Origin: Bacilli bacterium
GTDB taxonomy: Bacteria > Bacillota_I > Bacilli_A > RF39 > UBA660
Length of the DNA stretch: 64,000 bases
Assembly (NCBI GenBank): GCA_017542065.1
Contig: JAFXXX010000021.1
Location: forward strand, 6,650 to 70,649
Direction of reading: 5' to 3'
Shown: piece by piece, positions 40,328 to 51,863 of the stretch
Layout of the letters: each line of letters begins with the position of its first letter
Numbering within the stretch: the stretch's first letter is position 1
Position numbers and translations under genes: made by a program
Notes under the pieces: model-generated
What the model saw: the letters and a program-made list of their open reading frames with translations, nothing else
Told to the model about the DNA's origin: nothing
Databases searched by the model: none

Positions 40328-40460
40328 ACTTATTCACCTTAAAAATTATTATAACATAATAAAAAGTAAATAACTGTATAATTATTTAAAAATACAATAT
40401 AATTAGGGATTTTTTGATATAATATAAGTAATAATAAAAAGATAAAAAGGAGAAATAATT

Positions 40461-41432
40461 ATGAATTGTAATAAGTGTGGTTTTCTTATTAATGAGAATG
40501 ACCAAGTATGTCCTAATTGTGGAGAGCCGTTAACTGCTCTATCACATAATGAAGTTGTTATGCAAGATGTACCTGAAAAGGTAGAAAATACAACTATACA
40601 AGAAAGTATTCCTACTACTCAGGAATCACCTTTCATTGAAACACCAAATCCTAGTGAACCAGTAGTTCCTACAGCAGAAGTAGTAGAACCTACTCCAGTT
40701 ACTCCTACTGAACCTGTTATTAATAGTGCTCCAACAGTAGAAACTCCAGTAACTGAAGCTCCATTAACAGGAACAGTAACTAGTTCACAACCAATAGAAA
40801 AAAAGAAAAGTGGTGCTATGCCATTAATAGTATTTGTTGTAGCTATGTTAGTAATTGGTACAGGTATATTCTTTGGAATAAAGTATTTTAGTAATAAAGC
40901 ACCTGAACCTACTCCTATAGAAGAAGAGGAAGAAGAAAAACTACCTGAAAAATATTATCCAGTAGATACTGCAACAGGTAATCAAATAATAGCAGAATAT
41001 GATAATTATAGAATTCAAGCTAAAGAGTTGACTAAAGGTAACTTTGATGCATATAAATCTAAATTAAAATTAGAAGCTAGTAAAATTACAGTAGATGAAA
41101 CTGATTTTGAAGCATTATATACTAGTTATAAACCTGCTGATAAAAAAGATGCAATTACATATATAGCAGTTACTGCTTATAAGGGCGATAATGTTATTGA
41201 AACTAAAATGGAAATAAATGTATATACTGAAGAAAGAGTTAAAGAAATATTAAAAGCCTTTGTTGATTTATATTCACCTGGTGCTCAAGTTGAAGAATAT
41301 GATGCATATGGATCTTATGAAGGTGGATATAAAATAGCTTGTCCTAATAATATAACTATGATAATTGGTTATAATGAAATAGAAGAAGATGGATATACAT
41401 ATTACACAATTATAATAAATGAAAGTATATAA
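40461..41432 (+). CDS. zinc-ribbon membrane protein with Pro/Thr/Glu-rich linker
   Basis: CNKCG...CPNCG N-terminus, PT-rich spacer, a single TM segment and an extracytoplasmic domain. The SD is AAAGGAG. Confidence 0.7.
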   Translation: MNCNKCGFLINENDQVCPNCGEPLTALSHNEVVMQDVPEKVENTTIQESIPTTQESPFIETPNPSEPVVPTAEVVEPTPVTPTEPVINSAPTVETPVTEAPLTGTVTSSQPIEKKKSGAMPLIVFVVAMLVIGTGIFFGIKYFSNKAPEPTPIEEEEEEKLPEKYYPVDTATGNQIIAEYDNYRIQAKELTKGNFDAYKSKLKLEASKITVDETDFEALYTSYKPADKKDAITYIAVTAYKGDNVIETKMEINVYTEERVKEILKAFVDLYSPGAQVEEYDAYGSYEGGYKIACPNNITMIIGYNEIEEDGYTYYTIIINESI

Positions 41433-41460
41433 AAAAAGAGTCTTAATGACTCTTTTATTT
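41431..41460. terminator. bidirectional terminator
   Basis: A-run, GAGTC, TTAAT loop, GACTC, T-run. It sits between convergent genes. Confidence 0.55.
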
Positions 41461-42273
41461 TTTTATAAAATCTATAATCATATCAAAGTTTATATTAAAT
41501 AACATTATTATAATAGTTCCAAAGGCTAAATAAGGGCCAAATGGAAGTAGTTTCTTATCATTCTTTTGTAAGTTATAAATAGCTATAGGAAGTGCCATAA
41601 AACATGATATAAATAAACATACTAGAGCCATCTTATAACCTAGGATTAATGCTAAAACTGCCATTAACTTAACATCTCCAAATCCAAGTGAATTAGATTT
41701 AAAAGCAAAGTTACTAATCTTTTGAAGAACAAACATAATAATAAATATTATTGCAGCTTCTATTAACATAAATATAACTTTATAACCTGCATCCATAAAA
41801 CCAGTTACTTCTTCATTTTCAAATGCAAGTATAACTTTAAATACAATTATTATTATAGATAATATTATTAAAGTAATATCAGGTATTATCATATGATGAT
41901 AATCACTTATTAATATAATTATTAATATAGAAAATACTAATATATAAAACAAAGTACTAATTAATACTGTATCAGAATCTTTATTAACAAAATATGATAA
42001 AGCAAATAAGATACCTGATAATAATTCAAAGAATGCACTACTTGTATATATCTTCTCATTACAGTATTTACATCTACCTTTATTAAATATTAATCTAAAT
42101 AAATATAATCTTTCATATAGTTTAAGAGAATGACCACACGAATCACAACCAGGATTAATCTTAGTAATACTTTCTTTCTTACCTAAGGTATATCCTAGTT
42201 TAGTATATACATGACCAAGTAATAAACCAATAATGAAAAGTATGCTTATGTATACTACTAACATGCCCCTCAT
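41455..42273 (-). CDS. prepilin peptidase (A24 family, PilD/ComC-like)
   Basis: N-terminal CxxC...CxxC, IIPD and GFGDVKL aspartate motifs, and a polytopic membrane topology. Confidence 0.85.
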   Translation of the reverse strand: MRGMLVVYISILFIIGLLLGHVYTKLGYTLGKKESITKINPGCDSCGHSLKLYERLYLFRLIFNKGRCKYCNEKIYTSSAFFELLSGILFALSYFVNKDSDTVLISTLFYILVFSILIIILISDYHHMIIPDITLIILSIIIIVFKVILAFENEEVTGFMDAGYKVIFMLIEAAIIFIIMFVLQKISNFAFKSNSLGFGDVKLMAVLALILGYKMALVCLFISCFMALPIAIYNLQKNDKKLLPFGPYLAFGTIIIMLFNINFDMIIDFIKK

Positions 42274-42340
42274 CTCCTATTATTTAAATTATATCATTAT
42301 TATATACTTATACAAATATTATTTACAAAAAAAAGACATA

Positions 42341-43009
42341 TTATTCTATGTCTAATTCTTTTTTAATAATTCTAATTAACTTCTTATGGTGAAGAATACT
42401 TCTTATTTCATGTGAAGGAAGTTGAAGTAATAAATTCTCATATTTAAGAAGTTTTTTAGTGTAATATTCAGTAAATAATTCATCTTTATTTTCTAGAATT
42501 CTAGGTCCAAAATATATTGCTTCATAAGAATATTTTTCTTCCCCTCTTACAAATTCTATAACAGTATAAATTATATCTGAATCTTTAACTAACTTTTCTC
42601 TATTTATTTTAAATCCAAGACTAATAACAAACTTTCTTAGTTTAATTACATCAGTATTTGATTGAACTATTATCTTATTAACATTCGTTAATTTTTCTTT
42701 ATTAGAAAGAATATCTTTTATAGTATGAAATCCCATACCTGCAATAATAATAGTATTTATTTCTTCAGGATTAACTACGTTTAGTCCATTACCTAGTCTT
42801 AAATCTATTTCTTTTAATGCATCATATTTTTCAATATTCTTAGCAGCATTATTAACAGCTCCTTCATGAATATCTGATGCTATTAATCTTTTACCTAATT
42901 CTTTAGCTATATATACGTCTAGGAGGGCATGATCACACCCAATATCAATTATTTTGTCCTCCGGGGCGACGTAATCCGTTATAGCACTTAATCTATTTGA
43001 TAACTTCAT
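42341..43009 (-). CDS. trmK: tRNA (adenine22-N1)-methyltransferase
   Basis: IIDIGCDHALL motif, 222 aa, directly downstream of sigA as in Bacillus (yqfN). Confidence 0.85.
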   Translation of the reverse strand: MKLSNRLSAITDYVAPEDKIIDIGCDHALLDVYIAKELGKRLIASDIHEGAVNNAAKNIEKYDALKEIDLRLGNGLNVVNPEEINTIIIAGMGFHTIKDILSNKEKLTNVNKIIVQSNTDVIKLRKFVISLGFKINREKLVKDSDIIYTVIEFVRGEEKYSYEAIYFGPRILENKDELFTEYYTKKLLKYENLLLQLPSHEIRSILHHKKLIRIIKKELDIE

Positions 43010-43010
43010 A

Positions 43011-44315
43011 TTAGTCTACTAAATAATCCTTAAGTTTTTTACTTCTAGATGGGTGTCTAAGTTTTCTTAAAGCTTTAGCTTCTATTTGTCTAATACGTTC
43101 TCTTGTTACTCCAAAGATTGTACCTACTTCTTCTAGAGTTCTACAAGTTCCATCTACTAGACCAAATCTTAGTTTAAGTACTTGTTCTTCTCTTTCAGTA
43201 AGTGTAAGAAGTACTTCTTGAATTTCATCTTTTAATACTTCGTTAATAGCATACTCTTCTGGAGTAAGATTATTTTTATCTGATACGAAATCTCCTAAAT
43301 GAGAGTCTTCTTCTTCACCTATTGGAGTTTCTAGTGATAGAGGATCTAATGAGATTTGAATTATTTCTCTAACTTTATCCTCAGTTATATGTAACTTTTG
43401 AGCAAGTTCTTTTTCAGTTGGTTCTCTATTAAGTTCTAGAGTTAATTGTCTTTGAACTTTCTTTAACTTGTTGATAGTTTCAACCATATGAACTGGAACT
43501 CTGATTGTTTTAGCTTGGTCAGCTATTGCTCTTGTAATAGCTTGTCTAATCCACCATGTTGCATATGTTGAGAATTTGTATCCTTTAGAGGAATCAAATT
43601 TATCAACAGCCTTCATTAAACCTATATTACCTTCTTGAATTAAATCAAGGAATGATAAGTTTCTACCTACATATCTTTTAGCAATAGATACAACTAGACG
43701 AAGGTTTGATTCAGCAAGTCTCTTCTTAGCTTCTTCATCTCCCTCTTCTATTCTTTTAGATAATTCTAATTCTTCATCTAATGAAAGAAGTGATATTTTA
43801 CCTATTTCCTTAAGGTACATTCTAACTGGGTCATTGATGTTTAAATTCTTTGGTAAGTCTTCATCATCTAAACCAAGTGCTGCTCCACCTTCAGGATCTT
43901 CATCATCTTCTCCTTCTTCGATAACTTCAATATTGTTATCTCTTAGGAAGTTATATAAGTCATCTAAACTTTCAGCATCCATTTCTAAGCCTTTTAAGGC
44001 AGTAGCTAATTGTTCAAATGTTAAATATCCTACAGATGTACCAAGTTCTAAAAGGTCTTTCTTTCTATCTTCTAATGTTTTAATTTCATGATATTCATCA
44101 ACCTTTTTCTTACCCTTTGGTAATTTTGGTTCATCCATTTCTTCTTCAACTATATCTATATTATTTTCAGAAATAAATGTATAAATATTATCTATTTCTT
44201 CTGCAGAAATATCTTCGTTTTCAAATATTTTATTTAAATCATCTGCTGTTACATATCCCTTTTTCTTATTTATTTTTAATAAATTCTTTTTCTCTTTTTC
44301 TAATATATCGCTCAT
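43011..44315 (-). CDS. sigA: primary sigma factor SigA/RpoD
   Basis: Region 2 [13 protein letters not shown] and region 4 [20 protein letters not shown]. The N-terminal acidic region contains two similar ~40-aa modules. Confidence 0.96.
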   Translation of the reverse strand: MSDILEKEKKNLLKINKKKGYVTADDLNKIFENEDISAEEIDNIYTFISENNIDIVEEEMDEPKLPKGKKKVDEYHEIKTLEDRKKDLLELGTSVGYLTFEQLATALKGLEMDAESLDDLYNFLRDNNIEVIEEGEDDEDPEGGAALGLDDEDLPKNLNINDPVRMYLKEIGKISLLSLDEELELSKRIEEGDEEAKKRLAESNLRLVVSIAKRYVGRNLSFLDLIQEGNIGLMKAVDKFDSSKGYKFSTYATWWIRQAITRAIADQAKTIRVPVHMVETINKLKKVQRQLTLELNREPTEKELAQKLHITEDKVREIIQISLDPLSLETPIGEEEDSHLGDFVSDKNNLTPEEYAINEVLKDEIQEVLLTLTEREEQVLKLRFGLVDGTCRTLEEVGTIFGVTRERIRQIEAKALRKLRHPSRSKKLKDYLVD

Positions 44316-46048
44316 TATTCTTCACCCTTCACTTTTAATTCTATAATTTTAGCTGCTAGTTCTCTTCTAACAACTTCATTAGTTTCTGTTTTCATTTTAT
44401 TTTGTAATTTTCTTATTTCTTCTTTATTAATATATTCTCTAACTGTATTAAAGTATGTATCTATTTCATCTAGAGTATAGTTTTTATTAAACTCAAGTTC
44501 ATCTATATACATAACTCTTTTAATTAGTTCATTATCATCTTCTAAATAACTAATAAAATCTGATAAATTAAAGTTTTTATATTTCTTATAATATAAAACT
44601 ATTTTACTAGCTAAATTTCTATCTAATTCATTTGGTAAATAACTTAAATTATTAAAGTAATACTGAATTACATTAGAATTCTTAACCATATGAAATAATA
44701 TATATTCAGAAGCTTTTTCATATTTATTTAATACTGGAGCTTTTTTAATCTCTATTGGTTTTTTAATTTCTTTCTTTTCTACTTTAATAGTACCAAGTAT
44801 TATATCTTTACTAATACCAGTTTCTTTAGATATTTTATCTATTTCTATGAGTCTTGCAGTATCATCATTCATCTTTTCTAAATCTTCTTTAACAAGTGAT
44901 AAATACTTTGATAAATCATTACTATCACTAAAGTTTAATTTAGATTTATAAATATCACTCTTATAATCAATTAAAGATTTAGCATGTGATAAATGACTAA
45001 GCATTTTATCTTTACCTTTTTTAAGTATGTAATCATCTGGATCTAGGTCTTCTTCTAGTCTTACTATTTTGATATTAAAATCAGAATCTTTCATCATAGT
45101 AATACAAGCATTAGTAGCCTTTTCACCAGCTGTATCTCCATCAAATAATAAAGTTACATTATTACTTAATCTTTTTATTAAAGATACGTGTTCTTTAGTA
45201 ATAGCAGTTCCCATAGTAGCAACTACATTCTTTACTCCAATAGAATAAAGTCTAATTACATCCATAAAACCTTCAACTATTATTATATTATCTTCTTTAA
45301 TAGCATATTCCCTTGCATTATGATAGTTATATAGAAGAGATCCCTTTTTAAATATCTTAGTCTCTTTAGAATTTATATACTTACTTTCAGAAGTATTATT
45401 ATATATTCTTCCTGAGAATCCTACTACTCTTCCATTTATATCCCATAAAGGAAACATAATTCTGTTTTTAAAAATATCATATACATTATTACCTGTACCA
45501 ATACTAATACCAGAATCTACTAAATCATTTTCAATATACTTTTTTAAAAGTAACTTAGATAGTTTATCATCATCAAAAGATAGTCCTATACCAAATGCAT
45601 TAATTATATCTTCATCTATAGATCTTTTACTTAAATACTCTTTAGCTTCTTTACCTAAATTAGTATTTAAATTATTTTGATAATACTTAGATGCATAATC
45701 ATATATGTCATACATCTTCTTTTCAGTTTCATCTATAAATTCTTTCTTTTCATGATATTCAAAATTAACACCAATTTGATCAGCAATCTTTTTAACAGCA
45801 GCATAATATGGAATCTTTTCATATTCTTTAACAAAGTTAAATACATTTCCAGATGCACCGCATACAAAGCATTTATACATTTGCTTTTCTTCAGATACAC
45901 TCATTGATGGATTATGATCATCATGAAATGGACATACTCCAAAATAATTCTTTCCCCTTGGAGTAAGTGAAATATAATTTTTAATAACATCTACGATATT
46001 TACTTTTCTTTGAATACTAAGTACTTCTTCAAATGTTATTTTATTCAT
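44315..46048 (-). CDS. dnaG: DNA primase
   Basis: Zinc finger [13 protein letters not shown]...CFVCGASGN and TOPRIM EGFMDV/DGDTAG. It overlaps the sigA start (ATGA). Confidence 0.95.
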   Translation of the reverse strand: MNKITFEEVLSIQRKVNIVDVIKNYISLTPRGKNYFGVCPFHDDHNPSMSVSEEKQMYKCFVCGASGNVFNFVKEYEKIPYYAAVKKIADQIGVNFEYHEKKEFIDETEKKMYDIYDYASKYYQNNLNTNLGKEAKEYLSKRSIDEDIINAFGIGLSFDDDKLSKLLLKKYIENDLVDSGISIGTGNNVYDIFKNRIMFPLWDINGRVVGFSGRIYNNTSESKYINSKETKIFKKGSLLYNYHNAREYAIKEDNIIIVEGFMDVIRLYSIGVKNVVATMGTAITKEHVSLIKRLSNNVTLLFDGDTAGEKATNACITMMKDSDFNIKIVRLEEDLDPDDYILKKGKDKMLSHLSHAKSLIDYKSDIYKSKLNFSDSNDLSKYLSLVKEDLEKMNDDTARLIEIDKISKETGISKDIILGTIKVEKKEIKKPIEIKKAPVLNKYEKASEYILFHMVKNSNVIQYYFNNLSYLPNELDRNLASKIVLYYKKYKNFNLSDFISYLEDDNELIKRVMYIDELEFNKNYTLDEIDTYFNTVREYINKEEIRKLQNKMKTETNEVVRRELAAKIIELKVKGEE

Positions 46049-46133
46049 AAAAAACTCCCGACATTTATTTTATTCGCCATAAATAAAGAAAATTCCCCTA
46101 AAAAAATAAAAAAAGCTTAAAAATTAAGCTTTT

Positions 46134-47375
46134 TTACACATTTTCATCTTTTATTTCTTCTACAACATCACTTAAATCAATTGTATCAGATAAAGTTTGA
46201 ATCTCAACTGCTTCTTCAGCTACTTCTTTTTTCTTAAATATTTTACTTAAAACATCTTTCTTTCCAAGTATATATCCAAGAACAATTCCTAAAGTAAATG
46301 TTAAGAATAATCCAACTGAGAATATAATCCATTCTTTAACAGATGTAGTATCTGGACAAGTTGGAACAATCTTTTTATTTTCTGCTAATCTAGTAACTAA
46401 AATAGAATATGTTTTAGTAGTAGTTCCATCTTCTGCTGTTACTAAAATATTAACAGTATTCTTACCTACTACTAATTTATCAGCACCAGTAATTTGAACT
46501 TGTGCAGCTTCATTTTCAGGAGTAGCAGTTATTTCTAATGATTTAACATCATATGTAACATCTAAATAATATTTAACTTCTTCTACATTAAAGTCAATCT
46601 TTTGTCCTTTAATTTTTAATTCAGTTAACTTAGTATTCATAAGTTTTAACTCTTCTTCAGTAGGAGTTAATTCAAGATTAACTTTAATAGTATAAGTTGT
46701 TTCATTCTTTCCATTTTCAGAAGTACATACTATTTTAATAGTATTTTCTCCTTTTTGTAAGTTATTACGATTATCACTAATTTGAATAGATGCATAACCG
46801 TCTGTTGCAGTGGCATTAACAGTTAATTGTGTAACATCTTTTACATTAGCAGTATAATCTCTTACGTTTTTATTAAATGCAGGACTAAGTGGTGTATTTG
46901 GAATAGATAACTTACTAAGTGATGCATCAGTTCCTAATGCATTAACTTTAGCATTACCATTTGAAGCCTTACATGTAGTATCTTCTCCATTAATATTACA
47001 GCTGTTAGATATTTGTAATGTTGAATTACCAGCTTTAATTCCTTTAAATTTTAAAGTAGCTACTGTAATATCTGAACTAATTTGAGATTTTGAAGATATA
47101 GTTACTTGTCCATCTCCAGGAGATACAGTTCCATTTGAATTTGGAGCTTCTTTATACTCAATAATATTTTTATCAAATTTTACTGTAATACTATAACCAT
47201 GTAAAGTATTTTGAGCAGATGCCTTACTAATAGATACATCTACAGTAAACTCTTGTCCTTCCTTAACGTCTGCACCACCAACTTTAAATTCAACATCTGA
47301 TGCAGCAAATACTTTTACTGGAACTAATATTAACGTTAAAAGCATAATAAAAAATAACGATTTAAATCTTTTCAT
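46134..47375 (-). CDS. surface protein: signal peptide, cohesin-like domain, two cadherin-like beta-sandwich domains, C-terminal TM anchor
   Basis: Signal peptide MKRFKSLFFIMLLTLILVPVKVFA. The pattern LSKLSI..TPLSPAFNKNVRDYTANV occurs once, with a second related copy. A TM helix lies near the C-terminus. Confidence 0.65.
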   Translation of the reverse strand: MKRFKSLFFIMLLTLILVPVKVFAASDVEFKVGGADVKEGQEFTVDVSISKASAQNTLHGYSITVKFDKNIIEYKEAPNSNGTVSPGDGQVTISSKSQISSDITVATLKFKGIKAGNSTLQISNSCNINGEDTTCKASNGNAKVNALGTDASLSKLSIPNTPLSPAFNKNVRDYTANVKDVTQLTVNATATDGYASIQISDNRNNLQKGENTIKIVCTSENGKNETTYTIKVNLELTPTEEELKLMNTKLTELKIKGQKIDFNVEEVKYYLDVTYDVKSLEITATPENEAAQVQITGADKLVVGKNTVNILVTAEDGTTTKTYSILVTRLAENKKIVPTCPDTTSVKEWIIFSVGLFLTFTLGIVLGYILGKKDVLSKIFKKKEVAEEAVEIQTLSDTIDLSDVVEEIKDENV

Positions 47376-47483
47376 ACCTCTTTATCCTTCTTTCCGGGTA
47401 CCCCTTATCATAGTAAAATTATAACAAAAAATTAATAAAAAGTAAAACAATTTTTACAAATAAAAAAATCTGGGTAACCAGAT

Positions 47484-48251
47484 TTATTTACTTAAATCAA
47501 TAAACTTATCTACTGAAATAATTGCTTTAGCATAACTTCCTAGATTAAATCCATTTTCTGTTATAGTGAATGTTTCAGTAGTTCTACCATTATCAAATAA
47601 TGCGCTATATTTATATGATCCATTAGATGTTGAACTTATCTTTATAAAATAAGTATTATCATTTTGATCATATCCACCTTTAGCATAAATTCTATTATAA
47701 GTTAGTTTATTATCTTTAACATCATAAGTACCACTACTAACTTCTACTATTTCACCATTTAATGTAGATTTTAATGAAGCATATCCATTTTCATCTAATT
47801 CTAGTTTAACTTCTAAAGTAGCTCCAGTTCCATCTTCTTTTTCATTAACTGCTCCAGTATATATTCCTGAATAAGTAATTTTTTCACAGTTAATAATAGT
47901 ACATTCTTCTTTAATAGGATCTACTTTACTATTAGTAGGTTCAACTTTTTTATCTTTAACAAATAAAGTAACATTATATTTATCTGCTAAATAAACACCA
48001 GTTACTACACCAAATATAAAGAATAAGATTAATAAGAATAATGTAGCGAAGAATCTATTAGTAGAACTTCTTCTTTTAATTCTTTTATTTTCTTTTTTAA
48101 TTTCGTCTAAAGTCATACCTTCTTCAGCCTTTTGTTTAATTTCTTTTTTAGAAATCTTTTCTTCTTTTACTTCTTCTTTAACTTCAACCTTTTCTTCTTT
48201 TTTAGGTTCTTCTTTAACAACCTTTTTAGTTTCTTTAACTTCTTTACTCAT
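47484..48251 (-). CDS. hypothetical membrane-anchored protein with Lys/Glu-rich cytoplasmic N-terminus
   Basis: KE-rich first 70 aa, one TM segment, and a ~160-aa external domain. Confidence 0.55.
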   Translation of the reverse strand: MSKEVKETKKVVKEEPKKEEKVEVKEEVKEEKISKKEIKQKAEEGMTLDEIKKENKRIKRRSSTNRFFATLFLLILFFIFGVVTGVYLADKYNVTLFVKDKKVEPTNSKVDPIKEECTIINCEKITYSGIYTGAVNEKEDGTGATLEVKLELDENGYASLKSTLNGEIVEVSSGTYDVKDNKLTYNRIYAKGGYDQNDNTYFIKISSTSNGSYKYSALFDNGRTTETFTITENGFNLGSYAKAIISVDKFIDLSK

Positions 48252-48266
48252 TTATTTTCTCCTTTA

Positions 48267-49259
48267 TTAAAACCATACTCCGTATAATATACCAACTATT
48301 CCAAGTAAGAATCCAGCTACATAGAATGCTTTTACTATGTTTGGTTCTTGCCATCCTTTTATTTGGAATGAATGGTGTATTGGAGTTTTTGGAAATACTC
48401 TCTTACCAGTTATTTTTACTGATGCTATTTGTATTATAACAGATAAACATTCAATTACAAATACTCCACCTACTATAGCTAAAGATAATTCTCTATGTGT
48501 AAGTATTGCAACTGTTGCAAGTGTTGCTCCAAGAGCAAGTGATCCAGTATCACCCATAAATACTTTAGCAGGATATCCATTAAATACTAGGAATCCAAGA
48601 AGTCCTCCTACTAATATAAAACAGAATATTGCAATATTATCATAACCTGCTAGCCATCCTGTATTCCATGCAATCATTCCATATACTATAAATGCTATTA
48701 CTGAAAGTCCACCAGCTAGACCATCAAGTCCATCTGTTAAATTAACTGCATTAGATGCTCCTACTAACATGAATAATATAAATATTACATAGAACATTCC
48801 AAGGTTTAATTTAATATCAAATAAATATATTTCAATTGTTGGATCCATACCATTCTTTACATATAATAAGAAGAATCCAACTGCTATAATTACTTGCCCT
48901 ATAAACTTTTGAAGTCTTGTTAATCCTTTTTCATTAGATTTATATTTGATAATTCTATAATCATCAATAAACCCAAGTAATGCATATGATAAGAATACAA
49001 ATAATACAATTGTAAGATTACTTGTATAAGTTATCTTTTTAGTTACTAATAATATTGCTAGAACAATAACAGTAGATAATATAAAAATTAATCCACCCAT
49101 AACAGGAGTCCCTGCTTTCGCTGCATGTTCCTTTACAAACTTACTAGTTATTTGTCCCATTTTTTTCTTTCTTAAGAAAGGTACTATAATAGCTCCTAAA
49201 ACTAATGCTACTAAAAAACCTGCTGTTAAAGCTAAAACTGATTTAGCTAATATATACAT
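48267..49259 (-). CDS. mraY: phospho-N-acetylmuramoyl-pentapeptide-transferase
   Basis: NAVNLTDGLDGLA and GDTGSLALG, with ten-TM-like hydrophobicity. Confidence 0.95.
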   Translation of the reverse strand: MYILAKSVLALTAGFLVALVLGAIIVPFLRKKKMGQITSKFVKEHAAKAGTPVMGGLIFILSTVIVLAILLVTKKITYTSNLTIVLFVFLSYALLGFIDDYRIIKYKSNEKGLTRLQKFIGQVIIAVGFFLLYVKNGMDPTIEIYLFDIKLNLGMFYVIFILFMLVGASNAVNLTDGLDGLAGGLSVIAFIVYGMIAWNTGWLAGYDNIAIFCFILVGGLLGFLVFNGYPAKVFMGDTGSLALGATLATVAILTHRELSLAIVGGVFVIECLSVIIQIASVKITGKRVFPKTPIHHSFQIKGWQEPNIVKAFYVAGFLLGIVGILYGVWF

Positions 49260-49325
49260 ATGTTATTCACCTCTATAATAGAATTATAGCACAAAAAAAG
49301 TAATTATAACAATTACTTTTTACGT

Positions 49326-49532
49326 TTACATAAATGGATTGAATGGTAAAGTCATCTCAAGGCGTGCTTCATCATTAATAATATTATTGATTTTTCTAAT
49401 ATGAGAAAGTTCTTCTGCTAACTTTTCCATCTTTTTTCTATTTATTATCATTTTTATAAGTAAAATAGAACATACAATAATAGTTATAAATATTAAAATT
49501 TCTATAATAGAAACAGTATTAAATATATCCAT
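49326..49532 (-). CDS. small membrane protein, hypothetical
   Basis: I place the start at ATG 49532, after SD AGGTGA. The protein has a single TM segment and is 68 aa. Confidence 0.4.
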   Translation of the reverse strand: MDIFNTVSIIEILIFITIIVCSILLIKMIINRKKMEKLAEELSHIRKINNIINDEARLEMTLPFNPFM

Positions 49533-49610
49533 ATGTATCACCTATTTTAATTATAAAAATATAAAAAAATGAAATCAATTAATTGATTTCATTCTTTACA
49601 AGGTTTTACA

Positions 49611-50984
49611 TTAATTTGAATATTTACTTTCAATTCCATAATATTTTTCTAAAGAAATATCTCCAGCTTCATGTATTTTATTAGATAATTCTTTACCAAC
49701 ATATCTTATATGCCATGATTCATATTTATATCCAGTATATTCTTCTTCACCTTCTGGAAATCTTATTATAAATCCATATTTATAACAATTTTCTTTAAGC
49801 CATATTGCTTCAGATGTACCATTAAATGAACTAGATGGATTATTAATATCTGCTGCTAGTCCTGATTGATGCTCTGAATAACCAGGTCTTGCAGAATATG
49901 TATCTGCTGTATCTCTACCATCTTGTCTTACATACATATCATATAAACCTACTTGATAATCATATGATCTATATCCTGATTGAATCCATAACTTAATTCC
50001 ATCAGATGTTGCATCTCCTAACATTTCATTAAATGCATTCATAAACTCAGGAAGTAATCCTCCAGGATTATAAGTATCTGGTAATGGATAACTCTTATTA
50101 ACAATCATTATTCCATCTATATAATATATACCATCTTCACCTTGAGTTACTTTTGGTTTTTCTTCCTTTTTCTCTTCTTTCTTTTCTTTCTTCTTTTCTA
50201 CTATTACTTTAACCTTAGCAATAGACATATCATTACCTTTAATTTTAACAGTAGTTTTACCTGCTTTTAAAGCTTTAATTAGACCATGTTCTACAGTAAT
50301 AACACTTTCATCATATCCACTATAAGTTACCTTCTTATTAGTAGCATTACTAGGATTAAATTCTACCTTAATTTCTTTTGTTTCACCTTCAGTTAATGTA
50401 TAACTTTGAGTAGTTTTAATAGACTCTAATTTAACATAAGTAATAAAGTAATTACTATAGTTCTCATAAATATTTAAAGTGAAATATTTATCATCAACTT
50501 TCTTTCTTGATTCAAGTAATAAATAATTACCATTTTCATCAATACCATAAAGATCTACATAACCATTCTTATATAAATAATGAGGTAACTTTAATTTAAT
50601 CTTAGAAGCTATTCCCATTATATTGTTATTCTTAATATATAATCCTTTTTGTTTTAAAAATTCTGTATTAGTTATTTTTTTATTTTCAGTACTAGGCTTA
50701 ACGTTCATGTTTTTCTTAAAATATGAAGAGTCCATAGTAACAGTATAATTTCTATATGTATATGTTATTTCATCCATATTCTCATTAATGTATTTAACGG
50801 TAGATTTCCAAAGATTTGCATTATCATGGTATAGTTTAACAGTCTCTCCTTTTTTAGCTTGATTTAGTATCTTAAAGCCGTAAATAGTATATATAGTAAA
50901 TCTTACTATACAAATTAACCCCACTAAAATTAAAAGACAAATTAAAACTCTATCAATTCTAAGTCTTCTTTTCCTTCTTCTCAT
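49611..50984 (-). CDS. D-alanyl-D-alanine carboxypeptidase, VanY/M15B family, with Big_2-like domain
   Basis: SGYRSYDYQ, SEHQSGLAADI and ESWHIRYVG zinc-peptidase motifs, an N-terminal TM segment, and an Ig-like segment LTEGETKEIKVEFNPSNATNKKVTYS. Confidence 0.8.
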   Translation of the reverse strand: MRRRKRRLRIDRVLICLLILVGLICIVRFTIYTIYGFKILNQAKKGETVKLYHDNANLWKSTVKYINENMDEITYTYRNYTVTMDSSYFKKNMNVKPSTENKKITNTEFLKQKGLYIKNNNIMGIASKIKLKLPHYLYKNGYVDLYGIDENGNYLLLESRKKVDDKYFTLNIYENYSNYFITYVKLESIKTTQSYTLTEGETKEIKVEFNPSNATNKKVTYSGYDESVITVEHGLIKALKAGKTTVKIKGNDMSIAKVKVIVEKKKEKKEEKKEEKPKVTQGEDGIYYIDGIMIVNKSYPLPDTYNPGGLLPEFMNAFNEMLGDATSDGIKLWIQSGYRSYDYQVGLYDMYVRQDGRDTADTYSARPGYSEHQSGLAADINNPSSSFNGTSEAIWLKENCYKYGFIIRFPEGEEEYTGYKYESWHIRYVGKELSNKIHEAGDISLEKYYGIESKYSN

Positions 50985-51048
50985 TAGCCTATACCTCTAC
51001 TATCATTATAACACATTTTATTCAAAATAAAAAGGAAGATAAATCTTC

Positions 51049-51765
51049 CTATAATTCTACATTATGATATACATTTTGTACATCTTCAATTTCATCTAAC
51101 ATATTTAATAATTTATTAAACATTTCTAGGTCTTCACCTTCAAGTTTAACTTTATCTAAAGAAACCATAGATACTTCATCTACTTCAAATTCCATATTAG
51201 GATTAATAGCAAGTAATGCTTTCTTAATATTATTATATTCTTTAGCATCACCAGTAATAACTATTGTATCTTCATCTGCTTCAATATCTTTAATGTCTGC
51301 TCCTTGTTCCATTAATAGATCTAACATTTCTTCTTCAGTATATCCTTTAACAGCAAATATAGCTAAATTTTCATAGAAATGTGATACTGAGTTTTCAACA
51401 CCTAATTTACCATTACATTTAGTAAAAGCAGGTCTAACCATACCAACAGTTCTATTAACATTATCTGTTAAACAATCTACTATTAGGTTAGATGCACCAG
51501 GTCCAAAACCTTCATATCTTAAACTTTGATAGTTTTCATCTACACCAGAATTAACTTTATCAATAGCTCTATTAATAATATCACTAGGAACTTGACTTCT
51601 TTTAGCTTTTTCAACTAATTGTTTTAATTTATCATTAGCTTCAATACTAGTTCCACCGTTCTTAGCAGCTATATATATTTCTTTTGCAAAGTTCGAATAA
51701 ATTTTAGCTTTTGCAGCACCATTCTTTTGAATAGCAGCTTTTCTTACTTCATATGCTCTTCCCAT
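51049..51765 (-). CDS. YebC/PmpR family DNA-binding regulator
   Basis: MGRAYEVRKAAIQKNGAAKAKIYSNFAKEI. 238 aa, YeeN-like subfamily pattern. Confidence 0.9.
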   Translation of the reverse strand: MGRAYEVRKAAIQKNGAAKAKIYSNFAKEIYIAAKNGGTSIEANDKLKQLVEKAKRSQVPSDIINRAIDKVNSGVDENYQSLRYEGFGPGASNLIVDCLTDNVNRTVGMVRPAFTKCNGKLGVENSVSHFYENLAIFAVKGYTEEEMLDLLMEQGADIKDIEADEDTIVITGDAKEYNNIKKALLAINPNMEFEVDEVSMVSLDKVKLEGEDLEMFNKLLNMLDEIEDVQNVYHNVEL

Positions 51766-51863
51766 ATTTATACCCTCTTTTCTTTGAATATTTTACTATA
51801 ATAATAGCTAAAAAAGCAACTTAAAATTTTAAAATTATGTTATAATTTTATTAGGTGATAATA

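Noticed and set aside
41455-42273. A prepilin peptidase as a marker of a type IV pilus or competence pseudopilus locus.
   Set aside because: No pilin, ATPase or platform genes are adjacent. The gene stands alone between trmK and a zinc-ribbon protein, so no system can be called from this window.
47385-47400. A GC-rich palindrome CCGGGTACCCC lies in the 5' UTR of the cohesin-like gene.
   Set aside because: It is a short isolated palindrome with no second copy or flanking structure. That is insufficient to call an operator.
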